Counted from the first letter of the stretch, positions 39,388 to 49,738 are shown. The stretch is DNA of 64,000 nucleotides from Calditrichia bacterium (GCA_050633245.1 JBOEGD010000010.1:157989-221988); one strand, 5' to 3'. Notes: generated by a model from the letters alone, not told the origin. Translations and numbers: made by a program.

Positions 39388-40707
39388 ATGAAATTAGATC
39401 AAAGATTAGAAAGCGTAGCCGTTTTAGGGGCTGGTGGTAAAATGGGTAGCGGGATCTCCCTGTTACTGGCGCGGGAAATGACGATGCTGCAGCTTAAGCA
39501 GGCAGACAAATCGTATCGTTTGACATTAATGGACATTAGCAGTGAGGCACTCGACGGATTAAAAGCCTATCTCGCCAAGCAGGCCGCACGCTATGTGCAG
39601 AAACAAGGCGAAAAGATGGCTGAAGAACTTCCCGGCATTCCTTCCGAAGCACTTGAAGAGACATTTGTAAACACAATGCAGGCAATACTCAATCCGATAA
39701 CAGATTTGAAAGAGTTGCCGCAAACCCACATGGTTTTCGAAGCAATTTTGGAAAAGACCGATCTGAAAATCCGTGTTTACAAAGAGCTTAAAGAGCGCTG
39801 CCCAAATCACACCTATTTCTTTAGCAACACGTCTTCTATTCCACTGCACACGCTCGACAAGGTTGCAGGACTTAGTGGACGCATCATCGGCTTTCACTTT
39901 TACAATCCACCGGCGGTCCAGAAGCTGGTCGAGCTGATTATTCCAAGTGACGTCGATCCGCAGCTTCCGGAGATCTCACGCGAAATCGGTAAACGCCTGG
40001 GAAAAATTATCATCCCGTCAAATGACCTGGCCGGATTTATTGGCAATGGTCATTTTATGCGCGACGGCCTGCACGGAATTTCGGAAGTTGAAACACTGCG
40101 CAACGAACTTGGTTTTGCCGGGGCGGTTCATGCTATAAATCGCGTGAGTCAGGATTTTCTGCTGCGCCCAATGGGCATCTTTCAACTAATAGACTATGTG
40201 GGTCTGGATATTTTTCAGAGCATTCTGAAAATTATGGACCCGGCATTTGGCGATGAACTGCTGCATAGCACGCTGATCGACAACCTGGTTGAGTCTGGCG
40301 TTCGTGGAGGACAGTATTCCGATGGAAGTCAAAAAAACGGCTTCTTCAAATATGAGGCGGGTAAGCCCGTTGCTGTTTACAGTCTTGACGACAACAATTA
40401 TTTAGCTCTCGGAGAACACTGGCAATCAGCTGCCGACAATCTTCTTGGCTCTCTCCCTGATGGGTATGAACCGTGGAAAACACTGGTTCGCGATCCGGAT
40501 CGTAATGCCAAACTGACCAGCCACTTTCGGAAGCTGGGTGCTCTCGGCAGCAATGGCGCAGAGCTGGCAAAATCGTATTTATTGCGTTCCAAGGCGATCG
40601 GCGAAAAGTTGGTGTCTGATGGTGTTGCCAACAATGCAGACGACGTAAACGGTGTATTAATGAATGGCTTTTTTCATCTGTATGGTCCGATAAATGACTA
40701 TGCCTAG
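39388..40707 (+). CDS. 3-hydroxyacyl-CoA dehydrogenase family protein
   Basis: VLGAGGKMG, FEAILE, SNTSS, GFHFYNP, GFIGN and PMG.FQL.DYVGLD. AAGGAG RBS before ATG 39388. Confidence 0.9.
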   Translation: MKLDQRLESVAVLGAGGKMGSGISLLLAREMTMLQLKQADKSYRLTLMDISSEALDGLKAYLAKQAARYVQKQGEKMAEELPGIPSEALEETFVNTMQAILNPITDLKELPQTHMVFEAILEKTDLKIRVYKELKERCPNHTYFFSNTSSIPLHTLDKVAGLSGRIIGFHFYNPPAVQKLVELIIPSDVDPQLPEISREIGKRLGKIIIPSNDLAGFIGNGHFMRDGLHGISEVETLRNELGFAGAVHAINRVSQDFLLRPMGIFQLIDYVGLDIFQSILKIMDPAFGDELLHSTLIDNLVESGVRGGQYSDGSQKNGFFKYEAGKPVAVYSLDDNNYLALGEHWQSAADNLLGSLPDGYEPWKTLVRDPDRNAKLTSHFRKLGALGSNGAELAKSYLLRSKAIGEKLVSDGVANNADDVNGVLMNGFFHLYGPINDYA

Positions 40708-40715
40708 TATTTTTT

Positions 40716-40750
40716 AGCGGACCGCAGCATGCTACGGTCCGCTTTTCTTT
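40716..40750 (+). terminator. Intrinsic terminator
   Basis: AGCGGACCG-N10-CGGTCCGCT followed by TTTCTTT. Confidence 0.8.
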
Positions 40751-40767
40751 CTTCTTCCTTCCCCATA

Positions 40768-40796
40768 TTGACATTCCCACCCCTTTGTGTTAGTTT
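40768..40796 (+). promoter_or_regulatory. sigma70-type promoter
   Basis: TTGACA-N17-TAGTTT with TG extension. Confidence 0.55.
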
Positions 40797-40850
40797 CTGT
40801 AAATCTATTCCATCGTTGTAATTGGCCTATCGCAGAGGAGCAGCAACCGC

Positions 40851-42302
40851 ATGAGTTTAATGGAACGCATTAAGATCCCTCACGTTTTCGTCCTGTTAAT
40901 CGCAGTCACTTTTATTTGTTCATTACTTACCTACATTATTCCTTCCGGTGAATATCAGCGACAGGAAAAAGTCGTTGGTGGCAGCACGCGAACAGTTATT
41001 CAACCTGGCACGTATTCAGAGTTACCAAAGCACTTCTCTTCAGAAGCGATGATCTTCGGTGACAGCGAGGAAGGGAAAGCATCTCCGGTAAGCCTGGTGC
41101 AGTTTTTGAGTGCAATTCCACGTGGACTGGAGAAATCTGCCGACATCATCTTCTTTATTTTTATAATTGGCGGCGTATTGGGAATTATTCAACGCACTGG
41201 CACAATTACCGCGTTTCTGCGAATGCTTATAGACAAGTTGGGTAACTCGGGAGCATGGTTAATTGGCTTTCTTATGATTCTGCTTGCCGTTGGCGGTTCA
41301 ACGCTTGGCATGGGAGAAGAGTTTATCCCTTTAATACCGATATTTCTGCTGGTGGGTAAGGAATTGGGCTATGATCGTCTTTTTGGGCTCGCCATCGTCG
41401 TTTTAGCTGCCGATACCGGCTTCGCAGCGGCGACAACGAACCCGTTTACCGTAAACATTGCTCAAGGAATTGCCGAGATACCACTAAATGGTGACATTCC
41501 TTTTCGCCTTGTTTTTCTCTTCTTTGCTCTTGGCTTATCTATTACCTATCTCCTGCGCTATGGCAATCGAGTAAAAAAAGATCCTTCTGCCTCATTATTG
41601 AATGAAGACACCTTTGATTTTCAACACCTTGAGATGAAAGAGGAACCGTTTCTAAGACAGCATGCCCTCATTATTGCATCATCCGTCTTAATTTTCAGCT
41701 TCATCTTATATATGGTTATTAACCACGGTTGGTGGATGAATGAAATGGCCGGTGGGTTCCTCCTCATGGGTTTTGCAACAGTTGCCTTATCCGATTTATC
41801 ACTTGAAGAGTCAACCTCTTCTTTTATCAAAGGCATGGAAGAAATGGTAGTTGCGGCTTTGGTTGTCGGATTTGCTCGTGCAATTGAAGTGGTGCTACAA
41901 GACGGGCAAATTATTGATACGCTTATCTTTTCCGCCGCCAGCATGCTTCAAGGCTTCCCAAACTATGTAGCAGCTCAGGGCATGTTAATATTCCAATCGA
42001 CACTAAACTTTCTTATTCCATCGGGCTCCGGTCAGGCAGCAGTTACAATGCCGCTAATGGCTCCATTAGCAGACGTACTGGGCATCAGCAGGCAAACGGC
42101 AGTATTTGCCTTTACCTGCGGGGACGGTTTTTCAAACACAATTGTTCCAACTTCCGGTGTGTTGATGGCTTATCTGAGCCTTGCCAAAGTTCCATATATG
42201 ACCTGGCTACGCTTTATGTTTCCCCTGTTTATACAGCTTATGGTGCTATCTGCTCTATTCCTGGCGATTTCTGTTTTGTTCCCGGTTGTTTGGACTTGGT
42301 AA
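40851..42302 (+). CDS. YfcC/DcuC-like (C4-dicarboxylate anaerobic carrier family) transporter
   Basis: IPSGEY.R, GMGEE, NPFTV.IAQ.IA and PSGSGQA..TMP. Confidence 0.9.
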   Translation: MSLMERIKIPHVFVLLIAVTFICSLLTYIIPSGEYQRQEKVVGGSTRTVIQPGTYSELPKHFSSEAMIFGDSEEGKASPVSLVQFLSAIPRGLEKSADIIFFIFIIGGVLGIIQRTGTITAFLRMLIDKLGNSGAWLIGFLMILLAVGGSTLGMGEEFIPLIPIFLLVGKELGYDRLFGLAIVVLAADTGFAAATTNPFTVNIAQGIAEIPLNGDIPFRLVFLFFALGLSITYLLRYGNRVKKDPSASLLNEDTFDFQHLEMKEEPFLRQHALIIASSVLIFSFILYMVINHGWWMNEMAGGFLLMGFATVALSDLSLEESTSSFIKGMEEMVVAALVVGFARAIEVVLQDGQIIDTLIFSAASMLQGFPNYVAAQGMLIFQSTLNFLIPSGSGQAAVTMPLMAPLADVLGISRQTAVFAFTCGDGFSNTIVPTSGVLMAYLSLAKVPYMTWLRFMFPLFIQLMVLSALFLAISVLFPVVWTW

Positions 42303-42397
42303 ATTTGAACCTGGTAATATCGTTTAAATGAACATAAAAAATATCGAAATAGTGACGGGTGTAACACCATTTTGCCCCACTCGTTGCTTACTTTTCA

Positions 42398-42429
42398 AGC
42401 TGTAGCAGTTCTGCGCTCCTGCTACAGCT
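42398..42429. other. Perfect 11-bp inverted repeat
   Basis: AGCTGTAGCAG-N10-CTGCTACAGCT. Confidence 0.7.
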
Positions 42430-42660
42430 AATGCCCGTGATGTTAGCCTAAAAGCTACGTTATAACGTGGGATGAATCATGCTGTGGGATGACCTCATTA
42501 TTTTCTAATGAAACAGACCCGTTTTGTTAGCTCGGATTATTCGCATCACCCTGATCATTTTTCGAAATAGCCTTTTCGTTTTGGCTGCGGGATTTTCCTT
42601 ATTCGGCCAAACGGCCCTTGCTAATTTCTGCGCAAAGCACCTAACTGGAACTAAAAAAAC

Positions 42661-45600
42661 ATGTTACGTATTTTTGCCCGCACAGATATCGGTCGCATAA
42701 GACACGGAAACGAAGACGCTTATCTCGTTGCAGATACAACCAGCGAGAATGAATTTATGCTCCCCGCTGTGCAGGAATTCCCCCTGCGCGACACCGGAAT
42801 TGTTCTGATGGTGTCCGATGGCATGGGAGGCGCTGCCGCCGGAGAAGTAGCAAGCCGACTGGCCACCAACACCCTGCAGAATGAACTTAAGTTTACTACT
42901 CCTCCCGATGAGACCTCTTGTATCCGAGCATTGGTAGACAGCCTGCAAACAGCGAACAAAGTGATTGCTCAACATGCCAGAGAACACCCTGAAATGCGTG
43001 GCATGGGTGCTACGGCTACCGTAATGATCATTTTGGAACGCCGACTGTATATTGGTCAGGTCGGTGACAGCCGAGCCTATATTGTCCGTGGAAACACCAT
43101 ACTTCAGCTCACTAAAGATCAATCATTTGTAAATCAGCTGCTCGAAGCCGGAAAAATTACCGAGGAAGAAGCAGAGAACCATCCACGTCGAAACGTCATC
43201 CTGCAGGCACTTGGTAATGAGAGTGAACTAAATGTTGCGATAAGCACGCTGGAAATCCGCAAAAATGACAAGATTTTGATCTGCAGTGACGGTCTTTCAG
43301 GTTTCCTGAAAAAAGAGGCCATGTTAGATATTATGCTCGAAGCAGGAGATCTACAGCAAGCAACACATGATTTGGTTGATCTTGCCAATGAATATGGCGG
43401 ACAGGATAATATTACCGCCGTGCTGGCAGAGATTGTAAGCGTTAAGGAGTACGAGCAAAAAGATGATAAGGTGTTGATTGCCGCACCGTCGAGCGACTTT
43501 CTCGGCAAGCCCCAGCCCGTTGCAGCAACGCACGACATGGATACCGTCGAGTTTGATAGCACAGCTCGCATGATGGCAGAAAAAGCCAGGCTGCAGGCGG
43601 AGATAGCCAAGTTGGCTGCTGCCCGTTCTTCTCTGAGAGAAGAAGCCAAACGAATTGCAAGACAAGCTGCCGAGGTTGAGGCTGGAAAGCTGGCGTTGGC
43701 ACGCGATACTCTACAAGGCGAAGCGCATCGTTTGGCCGCTCGCGCCGCGGATATCCAACAACAGGCTCAGGACGCCAAAATTCAGGCAGAGACAGCCAGT
43801 CGCAAGGAAGAAGAGGCAGAAAAAGCACTGGAAGACGCAGAGCAGGTTCGTGCCGAAGCACTCCTGATCCGTGAAGATGCCTTGCAATACGCTGCAGAAG
43901 AAGAAAATCGACAGCTGGAAGAAAAAGAGCAAGAAGTGCTTCAGGCACGTGCAGAAGTAGAAAAACTTCGCACCGAAGCCGAAAATGCCATTCGCGAAGC
44001 CCGAAGAATTACCAAAGTTGAGCGCGATATGAGATCGGCTGAGGAAGAATCGGCCAAAAGACTTGCTGAAAAAGAAGCAGAAGTAGAACAAGCCCGACGA
44101 GAGGCGGAGGAAGCACGTCGTGAGGTAGAGCTGGCAAGACGTGAGTTTGAGCGCGTTTCCCAAGAGCAGGAAGCAGCACGAATGTCGCGAGCGAAAGAAA
44201 ACCTGACGCTAATGGCCAAAGATGAAGAAATTGAGCGCGTGCGCAAGGAAGCCGAACAGGCAAGACTGGATGCACAGCTGGCTCGCGAAGAAGCACTCCG
44301 ATTTGCCGAAGTAGAAGAAGAAACTCGCCTGGCAAGACAACATGAAATAGAACGACTTGAACAACGTGGACGCGAATTGGCAAAAGCCAAAGCTGAAGCG
44401 GAAGAAGCGCGCAAGGAAGCCGAAAGAGCTCGACTGGAGTTGGAAGAAGCACGTAACCAGGCAAAGTCTGCTGCAACCGCTCAAGAGTCTGCTGAAGAGG
44501 CAAAGCAGGAAGCAGAACAGGCCAAAAAAGAAGCAGAAATTGCAAGGCTGCAAACAGCCAAGGCCAAGAGCGAAGCGGAAGAAGCAAGGGCTGAAGCAGA
44601 AGAAGCGCGTAAAAAAGCTCTCGAAGCAGTTAAGATCGAAGAAGAAGCTGAGCAGGCCAAACTCGACGCCGAAAAAACAGTGGAAGAAGCAGAACAGGCC
44701 AAACTCGACGCTGAGAAGACTATTGAAGAAGCCAATCGCGCTAAAGAAGAATACATGCAGGCCAGCGAGCAAGCTGTTGAGGCCGCAAAGAAGGAAGCAG
44801 AGGCTGCGATAAAAGCTGCCGAGGCGGAGGCAGCCCGCAAGAGTGCCGAAGCAGAAGCCAATGCAAAAATGGCAGTAAATGCTCGTGCCGAAGCCGAGGC
44901 GTTGAAGATGGAGGCTGAAGCCATTGCGGCGGCAAAAGAAGTTGAAGCAGAAGCTGCCAGACAAGAAGCACAACGTGCTAAATCCGAGGCTGAGATGGTT
45001 CGCAGTCAGTTAGAGCACCAAGCCACGCTAAAAGAGGATGAGGCGAAGGCCGCGTTGCGCGAAGCCCTGGATGCGAAGGCTGAAGCTGAGGCGACAAAGG
45101 AACAGATACAACATCGCGCTGCTGAGAAAGAAATAGAAGCTGAGGCCGCACGCCAGGAAGCACTAAAGGCCAAGACTGAGGCAGAAGAGGCAAAGCAAAC
45201 GCTCGAAACCCTTATGGTTGAGATTGAAGACGATGTAGGTCAGGCTCGAAAAGAGGCGCTCGAAGCACAGGCAGAGGCCGAACGCGCAAAAAAACACGCC
45301 CTTGATGAAGCAGAGAAAGCCAAACAGGCCAAGACTGAAGCTGAAAGAGAAGTTGAACGCGTTCGCGACCGATTAACCCGGCTGATTGAAACAGATTGGA
45401 TGATCAACAAGCCAGCAGCTGAACGAGCGCAAAGTTATGCTACACCAGCTGAGAGCAGCGACGACACACGCCCGAGGCGCCAACAAGCGAAGCAGGAAGC
45501 AAGCCCCCCACTAGAGATGGAAATGGAGGGATCATCACCAGATGATGAAGTAGACGATGTATCAAATAATGCAGCAGAGGACGCTAATCCACAAAAAACT

Positions 45601-46437
45601 GATGACATGGTAACCGAAGATGAGCTCTTCCAGCCTGAGTCTAAGAACCATGAGGAAGAAACTATTGTCTCAGAAATTGCGCCTGCTGTTGACCCATCAG
45701 CGAAATCGGAAGAGAAGCCTACCAAGTTCGAAGAGACAGACTTCGACTTTTCTGAGGATATGACAGGTGGATTTTCATCAAGCATTCCACTTGATGATCT
45801 GCTTGAAAGTCAACGCCTCGCGCGCGCAATTCAGGAGAGAGATGCTGAAAAGCCTCCTGCTGAAGACGAGCCTGAAGATTCAATGCAAACCAAGGAATTG
45901 CCGAAAGCAAAAAAAGAAGATGAAACGCTTTATCCTATATACCAGGAAGAAGTCGCGCGAAAAAATCGGGCACAGCAGGAAAGAGAACGAAGGTTTCGAA
46001 ACTTTCAAGACCGTGCACGCACGATAGCTCACGACCCTGCACCGGGTAGCAAGGATACCCGAAAGTCTATTGTGAGATACCTGAACGGCATCCCAATTGT
46101 ATCGAACGTTGCAGCAAAATTTGTCGGGTTAATAAGTGATGACAAGAAGAGTGGTGAGAGAATACTTCTTGAGACAAAGCTGCAGGATCTTAGGTCGCAG
46201 CTGCTTAACTTTATCCACAGCAATGAGCGCTCCCTTGAGGCGCATCCAAAGGGTCAGAGTCTGTTAGATGAAGGTGATGAACTGGCAGACACACTGGACA
46301 TCGTTCAAATGAATATCGAAAAGAATGATTTTGAACCGGCAGCTCAACTTATTGAGCACGTGTCTACGGCCTATAAAGGCTGGAAGAAGAATGCTGAAGC
46401 CGTTCTGAAATACAACTCCGGCAAACAAGGCTTTTAA
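42661..46437 (+). CDS. Stp1/PrpC-type PP2C Ser/Thr phosphatase fused to a long Ala/Glu/Lys/Arg coiled coil and acidic tail
   Basis: R..NED, DGMGG, GDSRAY, CSDGL and DNIT motifs in the first ~255 aa, then ~620 aa of helical repeats. Confidence 0.9.
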   Translation: MLRIFARTDIGRIRHGNEDAYLVADTTSENEFMLPAVQEFPLRDTGIVLMVSDGMGGAAAGEVASRLATNTLQNELKFTTPPDETSCIRALVDSLQTANKVIAQHAREHPEMRGMGATATVMIILERRLYIGQVGDSRAYIVRGNTILQLTKDQSFVNQLLEAGKITEEEAENHPRRNVILQALGNESELNVAISTLEIRKNDKILICSDGLSGFLKKEAMLDIMLEAGDLQQATHDLVDLANEYGGQDNITAVLAEIVSVKEYEQKDDKVLIAAPSSDFLGKPQPVAATHDMDTVEFDSTARMMAEKARLQAEIAKLAAARSSLREEAKRIARQAAEVEAGKLALARDTLQGEAHRLAARAADIQQQAQDAKIQAETASRKEEEAEKALEDAEQVRAEALLIREDALQYAAEEENRQLEEKEQEVLQARAEVEKLRTEAENAIREARRITKVERDMRSAEEESAKRLAEKEAEVEQARREAEEARREVELARREFERVSQEQEAARMSRAKENLTLMAKDEEIERVRKEAEQARLDAQLAREEALRFAEVEEETRLARQHEIERLEQRGRELAKAKAEAEEARKEAERARLELEEARNQAKSAATAQESAEEAKQEAEQAKKEAEIARLQTAKAKSEAEEARAEAEEARKKALEAVKIEEEAEQAKLDAEKTVEEAEQAKLDAEKTIEEANRAKEEYMQASEQAVEAAKKEAEAAIKAAEAEAARKSAEAEANAKMAVNARAEAEALKMEAEAIAAAKEVEAEAARQEAQRAKSEAEMVRSQLEHQATLKEDEAKAALREALDAKAEAEATKEQIQHRAAEKEIEAEAARQEALKAKTEAEEAKQTLETLMVEIEDDVGQARKEALEAQAEAERAKKHALDEAEKAKQAKTEAEREVERVRDRLTRLIETDWMINKPAAERAQSYATPAESSDDTRPRRQQAKQEASPPLEMEMEGSSPDDEVDDVSNNAAEDANPQKTDDMVTEDELFQPESKNHEEETIVSEIAPAVDPSAKSEEKPTKFEETDFDFSEDMTGGFSSSIPLDDLLESQRLARAIQERDAEKPPAEDEPEDSMQTKELPKAKKEDETLYPIYQEEVARKNRAQQERERRFRNFQDRARTIAHDPAPGSKDTRKSIVRYLNGIPIVSNVAAKFVGLISDDKKSGERILLETKLQDLRSQLLNFIHSNERSLEAHPKGQSLLDEGDELADTLDIVQMNIEKNDFEPAAQLIEHVSTAYKGWKKNAEAVLKYNSGKQGF

Positions 46438-46442
46438 AAGCC

Positions 46443-46474
46443 ACGAGCCTTTCCTCTCAAGAGAAAAGGCTCGT
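46443..46474. terminator. Hairpin between convergent genes
   Basis: ACGAGCCTTTCCTCTC-AA-GAGAAAAGGCTCGT. Confidence 0.7.
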
Positions 46475-46507
46475 AGTGGTCTTGGGGACCTCCCTGAATA
46501 TCTTATC

Positions 46508-47818
46508 TTACGCGCGCTTTAACACAATCAATGTCATATCATCCGTTAAAGATTCTGAAGCACTAAAGCGTCTAATCTCTCGCACAATCTTCCTACCAAG
46601 AGACTCTGCGCACAGAAAAAAGTTATCTCTTACGATATCGCGAAGTCGATTTTTGCCAAACTGCTCCTTTTGAGCACTCATCGCTTCTGTTACACCATCA
46701 GAAAACAAAACGATTGTATCTCCTTCATCCACCTTAACCTCAGATTCGCTGTAGTCGAATGAATCCATTATTCCGATGGGCAAACCATGACTGTCTAATT
46801 TGCCGATTGTTCCATCCTGCTTGATTACTACCGGCGGCATGTGACCAGCATTTACATACTTTAGCCGATGGGTTTGATAATTTAATGTCGCCCAGAAAAA
46901 AGTAGCAAACATGTCGTTCCCTGTATAGAGGCAAAAGTGATTATTCAACTTCTGCACGATGCTTCGACATGAATCTATCTCGTTCACACAGGCATGCAAA
47001 AAGGCATGCGCGTTAGCTGTTAATAATGCGGCCGGAACACCTTTACCGGAAACATCCGCCAGGCCGAATGACATTGTTCGCGGGAATGGGAAAAAGTCAT
47101 AATAATCTCCACCGACGTATGCCGAGGGCTTGTTATAGGCGTACAAGTCGTATCCCGATATTTGCGGCGTATTTTTCGGTAACAGCTGACGCTGTATAGC
47201 GACCGCACGACTGATCTCTTTTTCTAGTTCCCTTCCGGAACGTGCCTCATTTTGCAAAAGCGTATTTTGAATGGCCAGTGCAATTAAGTCTGCCATCGTC
47301 AGTAGATACTGCGTATCCTTGCGATCAAAAATGCCATCGCGTTTATTTATAACCTGAAGACAACCGCTAATCACGCCAGATCTATTTATTAGTGGCACGA
47401 TTAGAAAGGAGCGAACCGGTTGCCGACCAATTCGAGAAATCTCCGACGGGTATCTGGAGTCATCATGAAGGGCATCTGCAACATTTACCACCTTACCCGT
47501 TTTGATAACGTAATCGGCAATGCCACCACCACAGGGTTGAACGATCTGGGAAATGCGTCCTTTTTCAATAACGTGGGCTCGGAGCTCTCGACGCTGAGAA
47601 TTGTGTAAGTAAAAAACCGCATTTTCTGCATCCAAGACTCTGCTAATTTCCTCAAGTATCAGCTTCAACTGTTGTTCCAGCTGCTGTCTTGAGTTTAACA
47701 AGCGAGTCATACCGAGCATCGCGGAAAGTTGACGAGACAAATTCTGTGAATAGTGAAAGCGTGTGCTGGGCATATCTATTTCGTTCGTGACGGGTAATCC
47801 TGTTTGAGTCGTATTCAT
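46508..47818 (-). CDS. GAF + SpoIIE (RsbU-like) PP2C phosphatase
   Basis: GAF domain (LQVINK..G.F), VGGDYYD, ADVSGKG, NAGH, SDGVTE and DDMT. Confidence 0.93.
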   Translation of the reverse strand: MNTTQTGLPVTNEIDMPSTRFHYSQNLSRQLSAMLGMTRLLNSRQQLEQQLKLILEEISRVLDAENAVFYLHNSQRRELRAHVIEKGRISQIVQPCGGGIADYVIKTGKVVNVADALHDDSRYPSEISRIGRQPVRSFLIVPLINRSGVISGCLQVINKRDGIFDRKDTQYLLTMADLIALAIQNTLLQNEARSGRELEKEISRAVAIQRQLLPKNTPQISGYDLYAYNKPSAYVGGDYYDFFPFPRTMSFGLADVSGKGVPAALLTANAHAFLHACVNEIDSCRSIVQKLNNHFCLYTGNDMFATFFWATLNYQTHRLKYVNAGHMPPVVIKQDGTIGKLDSHGLPIGIMDSFDYSESEVKVDEGDTIVLFSDGVTEAMSAQKEQFGKNRLRDIVRDNFFLCAESLGRKIVREIRRFSASESLTDDMTLIVLKRA

Positions 47819-47889
47819 TTTATCTTCCTTTGATATGCATCTATATAATAAGAGCGCCGCAACCGGTAAAAATCTCAGACTTTTATTAT

Positions 47890-49071
47890 TTATCCTGCAC
47901 TTGTTGCTGCCTCCATCGTCGCAGACGGCATGTATTCAACAGCTACAGGCAGCATTATCGAGACACAACTCCCCTGCCCTGAGCCAGAGCTTTCAATCTT
48001 CAATTTTCCTCCATGGCGTTCGACAATTGCTTTTCCTGCCGTCAGGCCAATTCCCACTCCAGAGCCCAGGAACTCTGTTTTACTACTGTGATGATGCATT
48101 GGGTTACCTGTCGCGGAGAATGGCCTTAGCACCTCATCCAGATAATTCTCTGCGATTCCAATGCCGTTATCGAGAACCGTTATTTGAATCGTTCTGTTCT
48201 CTTCACGTGCTACAACTTCAATTCTTCCTCCGTCTGGAGTGTATTTCATTGCATTGGACAACACGTTATCTACGATCTGTTCGATTTCTTTTGCTTCGAG
48301 GTTCAATTTTATCTCAGCTGGACAGTCGACGGTAAGTGCCAGATTTCTATCCTGTGATGCAGTACGATAGCTATCTGTTACGTGCAGCAGAATATCCCGC
48401 AGGCATATAGATCGAGGAGTCGGAAAGCTGATATTATTGGGAACAGAAAGGGCAGCCAATAGATTATTTAACAAACTATTCATACGATTTGAACCTTTTA
48501 CGGCATTGTGCAGAAACTTTTGCTGCACTTCGTTAAGATCACCTAAATTTTGTTTAAGCATCTCCAATGAGCTGCTTACTATTGTTGCCGGCGTGCGGAG
48601 CTCATGGTTCACCATCATCATAAAACGTTCTCGCGGAAGTAGCGCTGCAGCGTCACTCGCAACAATGTTGCGGTGAACCTCTCTCGCGGCAAGCGTTGTC
48701 TGCAAAACGTGATTTTTACGAGTCAGGTGAACCTGCTTGAGTCCGCAACGCAGAGCAGCTTGCAGGCCCAATCCTTCATCTGGATGCGGAACCAGAAGAT
48801 CGAATAGCTCGCTGTCTATATGTTGTTCTGATGTGCCAACCAGAATGCGAAAGACATTTGGCTGAAGAGAGCCAACCGCCTTTAGAAATTCTTCGCCATT
48901 CTGTTTAGCAATGGCTATAGCAATATCGACAGGTTTACTTTTAAGGTAGTTTGATGTCTTAACTGTTTGCAGAAAAACCGGGTTTATCTGCTCGCCGGCA
49001 TCAACGCTCGCTTGAATCTCTGATCGAATATTAAGGTGGGTATCATTTACAAGAATGGTTATTGCAGACAT
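47890..49071 (-). CDS. Soluble histidine kinase with degenerate N-terminal receiver-like domain
   Basis: NHELRTP, NAMKYT, DNGIG and GSGVGIGL. Confidence 0.88.
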   Translation of the reverse strand: MSAITILVNDTHLNIRSEIQASVDAGEQINPVFLQTVKTSNYLKSKPVDIAIAIAKQNGEEFLKAVGSLQPNVFRILVGTSEQHIDSELFDLLVPHPDEGLGLQAALRCGLKQVHLTRKNHVLQTTLAAREVHRNIVASDAAALLPRERFMMMVNHELRTPATIVSSSLEMLKQNLGDLNEVQQKFLHNAVKGSNRMNSLLNNLLAALSVPNNISFPTPRSICLRDILLHVTDSYRTASQDRNLALTVDCPAEIKLNLEAKEIEQIVDNVLSNAMKYTPDGGRIEVVAREENRTIQITVLDNGIGIAENYLDEVLRPFSATGNPMHHHSSKTEFLGSGVGIGLTAGKAIVERHGGKLKIESSGSGQGSCVSIMLPVAVEYMPSATMEAATSAG

Positions 49072-49164
49072 AACATGCTCCCTTTGTTATCGCGTTGCGG
49101 CTAACTCCGATAACCGCGTATACAAAACAAGAGCAGGAACAGGCTTATATTTTCTCAAAAGAAT

Positions 49165-49196
49165 AAAAAAAGCCCCTGCAAAAATGCAGAGGCTTT
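49165..49196 (-). terminator. Intrinsic terminator of the floA operon
   Basis: Minus strand AAAGCCTCTGCA-loop-TGCAGGGGC followed by a T-run. Confidence 0.8.
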
Positions 49197-49210
49197 AAGA
49201 ATGACTGACG

Positions 49211-49723
49211 TTACTTATGTCCAATCGGAAGCCGTGGTCGCATTGCCATCGGCTTATCCAGGATTTCCTTAATAATAATGGACTTTCGCAGGCTGCGCTT
49301 GGAACTAAGCATTTCTACCAGAGGGGTCTTCTTTTTCGGCTTTCGCCTGGGCGTTACAATTGGAGGCCCTTCCGAATGCACCTTCGACCAGTCGTGTAGA
49401 TTTTCTTGTTCCTCGTGGTCGTGGAATTGCCGTGCCGGCATATCCGGCTTAGCATACTCTTTTCGCTCTCGCGGTTTTGGCGGAGGAGGCGGAGCAGGCT
49501 CCGGATCGGGAATATCCAACAGGTCTCTCAAGAACTCAGGAATCTGAATTTCCTGAGGTTGAGGTGTCGGCTCGGCTACCGGTGGTCGGCCTTGCTGCGG
49601 AGTGGGCACCTGCGGTCGTGGCTTGGCAGGTGGCGTTCCGGTCGATTTAGGCCGCTGTTTCTTCTTCCACGCATTGTAGACAGAAACGAGCCCCATAATT
49701 ATTAAATAGACAATTATTTCCAT
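49211..49723 (-). CDS. Membrane-anchored Pro-rich protein (YqfB-like third gene of the nfeD-floA cluster)
   Basis: N-terminal TM, Pro-rich linker, and C-terminal LRKSII..EIL.KP.A.R motif. Confidence 0.7.
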   Translation of the reverse strand: MEIIVYLIIMGLVSVYNAWKKKQRPKSTGTPPAKPRPQVPTPQQGRPPVAEPTPQPQEIQIPEFLRDLLDIPDPEPAPPPPPKPRERKEYAKPDMPARQFHDHEEQENLHDWSKVHSEGPPIVTPRRKPKKKTPLVEMLSSKRSLRKSIIIKEILDKPMAMRPRLPIGHK

Positions 49724-49738
49724 AGGTTGCTATTCCTT

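Noticed and set aside
39164-39388. 74-aa minus-strand ORF upstream of the 7-TM gene as a possible peptide ligand
   Set aside because: Non-ATG start with no RBS, and it spans the divergent promoter region; not supportable without conservation data.
43134-45193. Many long overlapping ORFs on both strands
   Set aside because: Expected shadows of the stop-poor Ala/Glu/Lys coiled-coil sequence.
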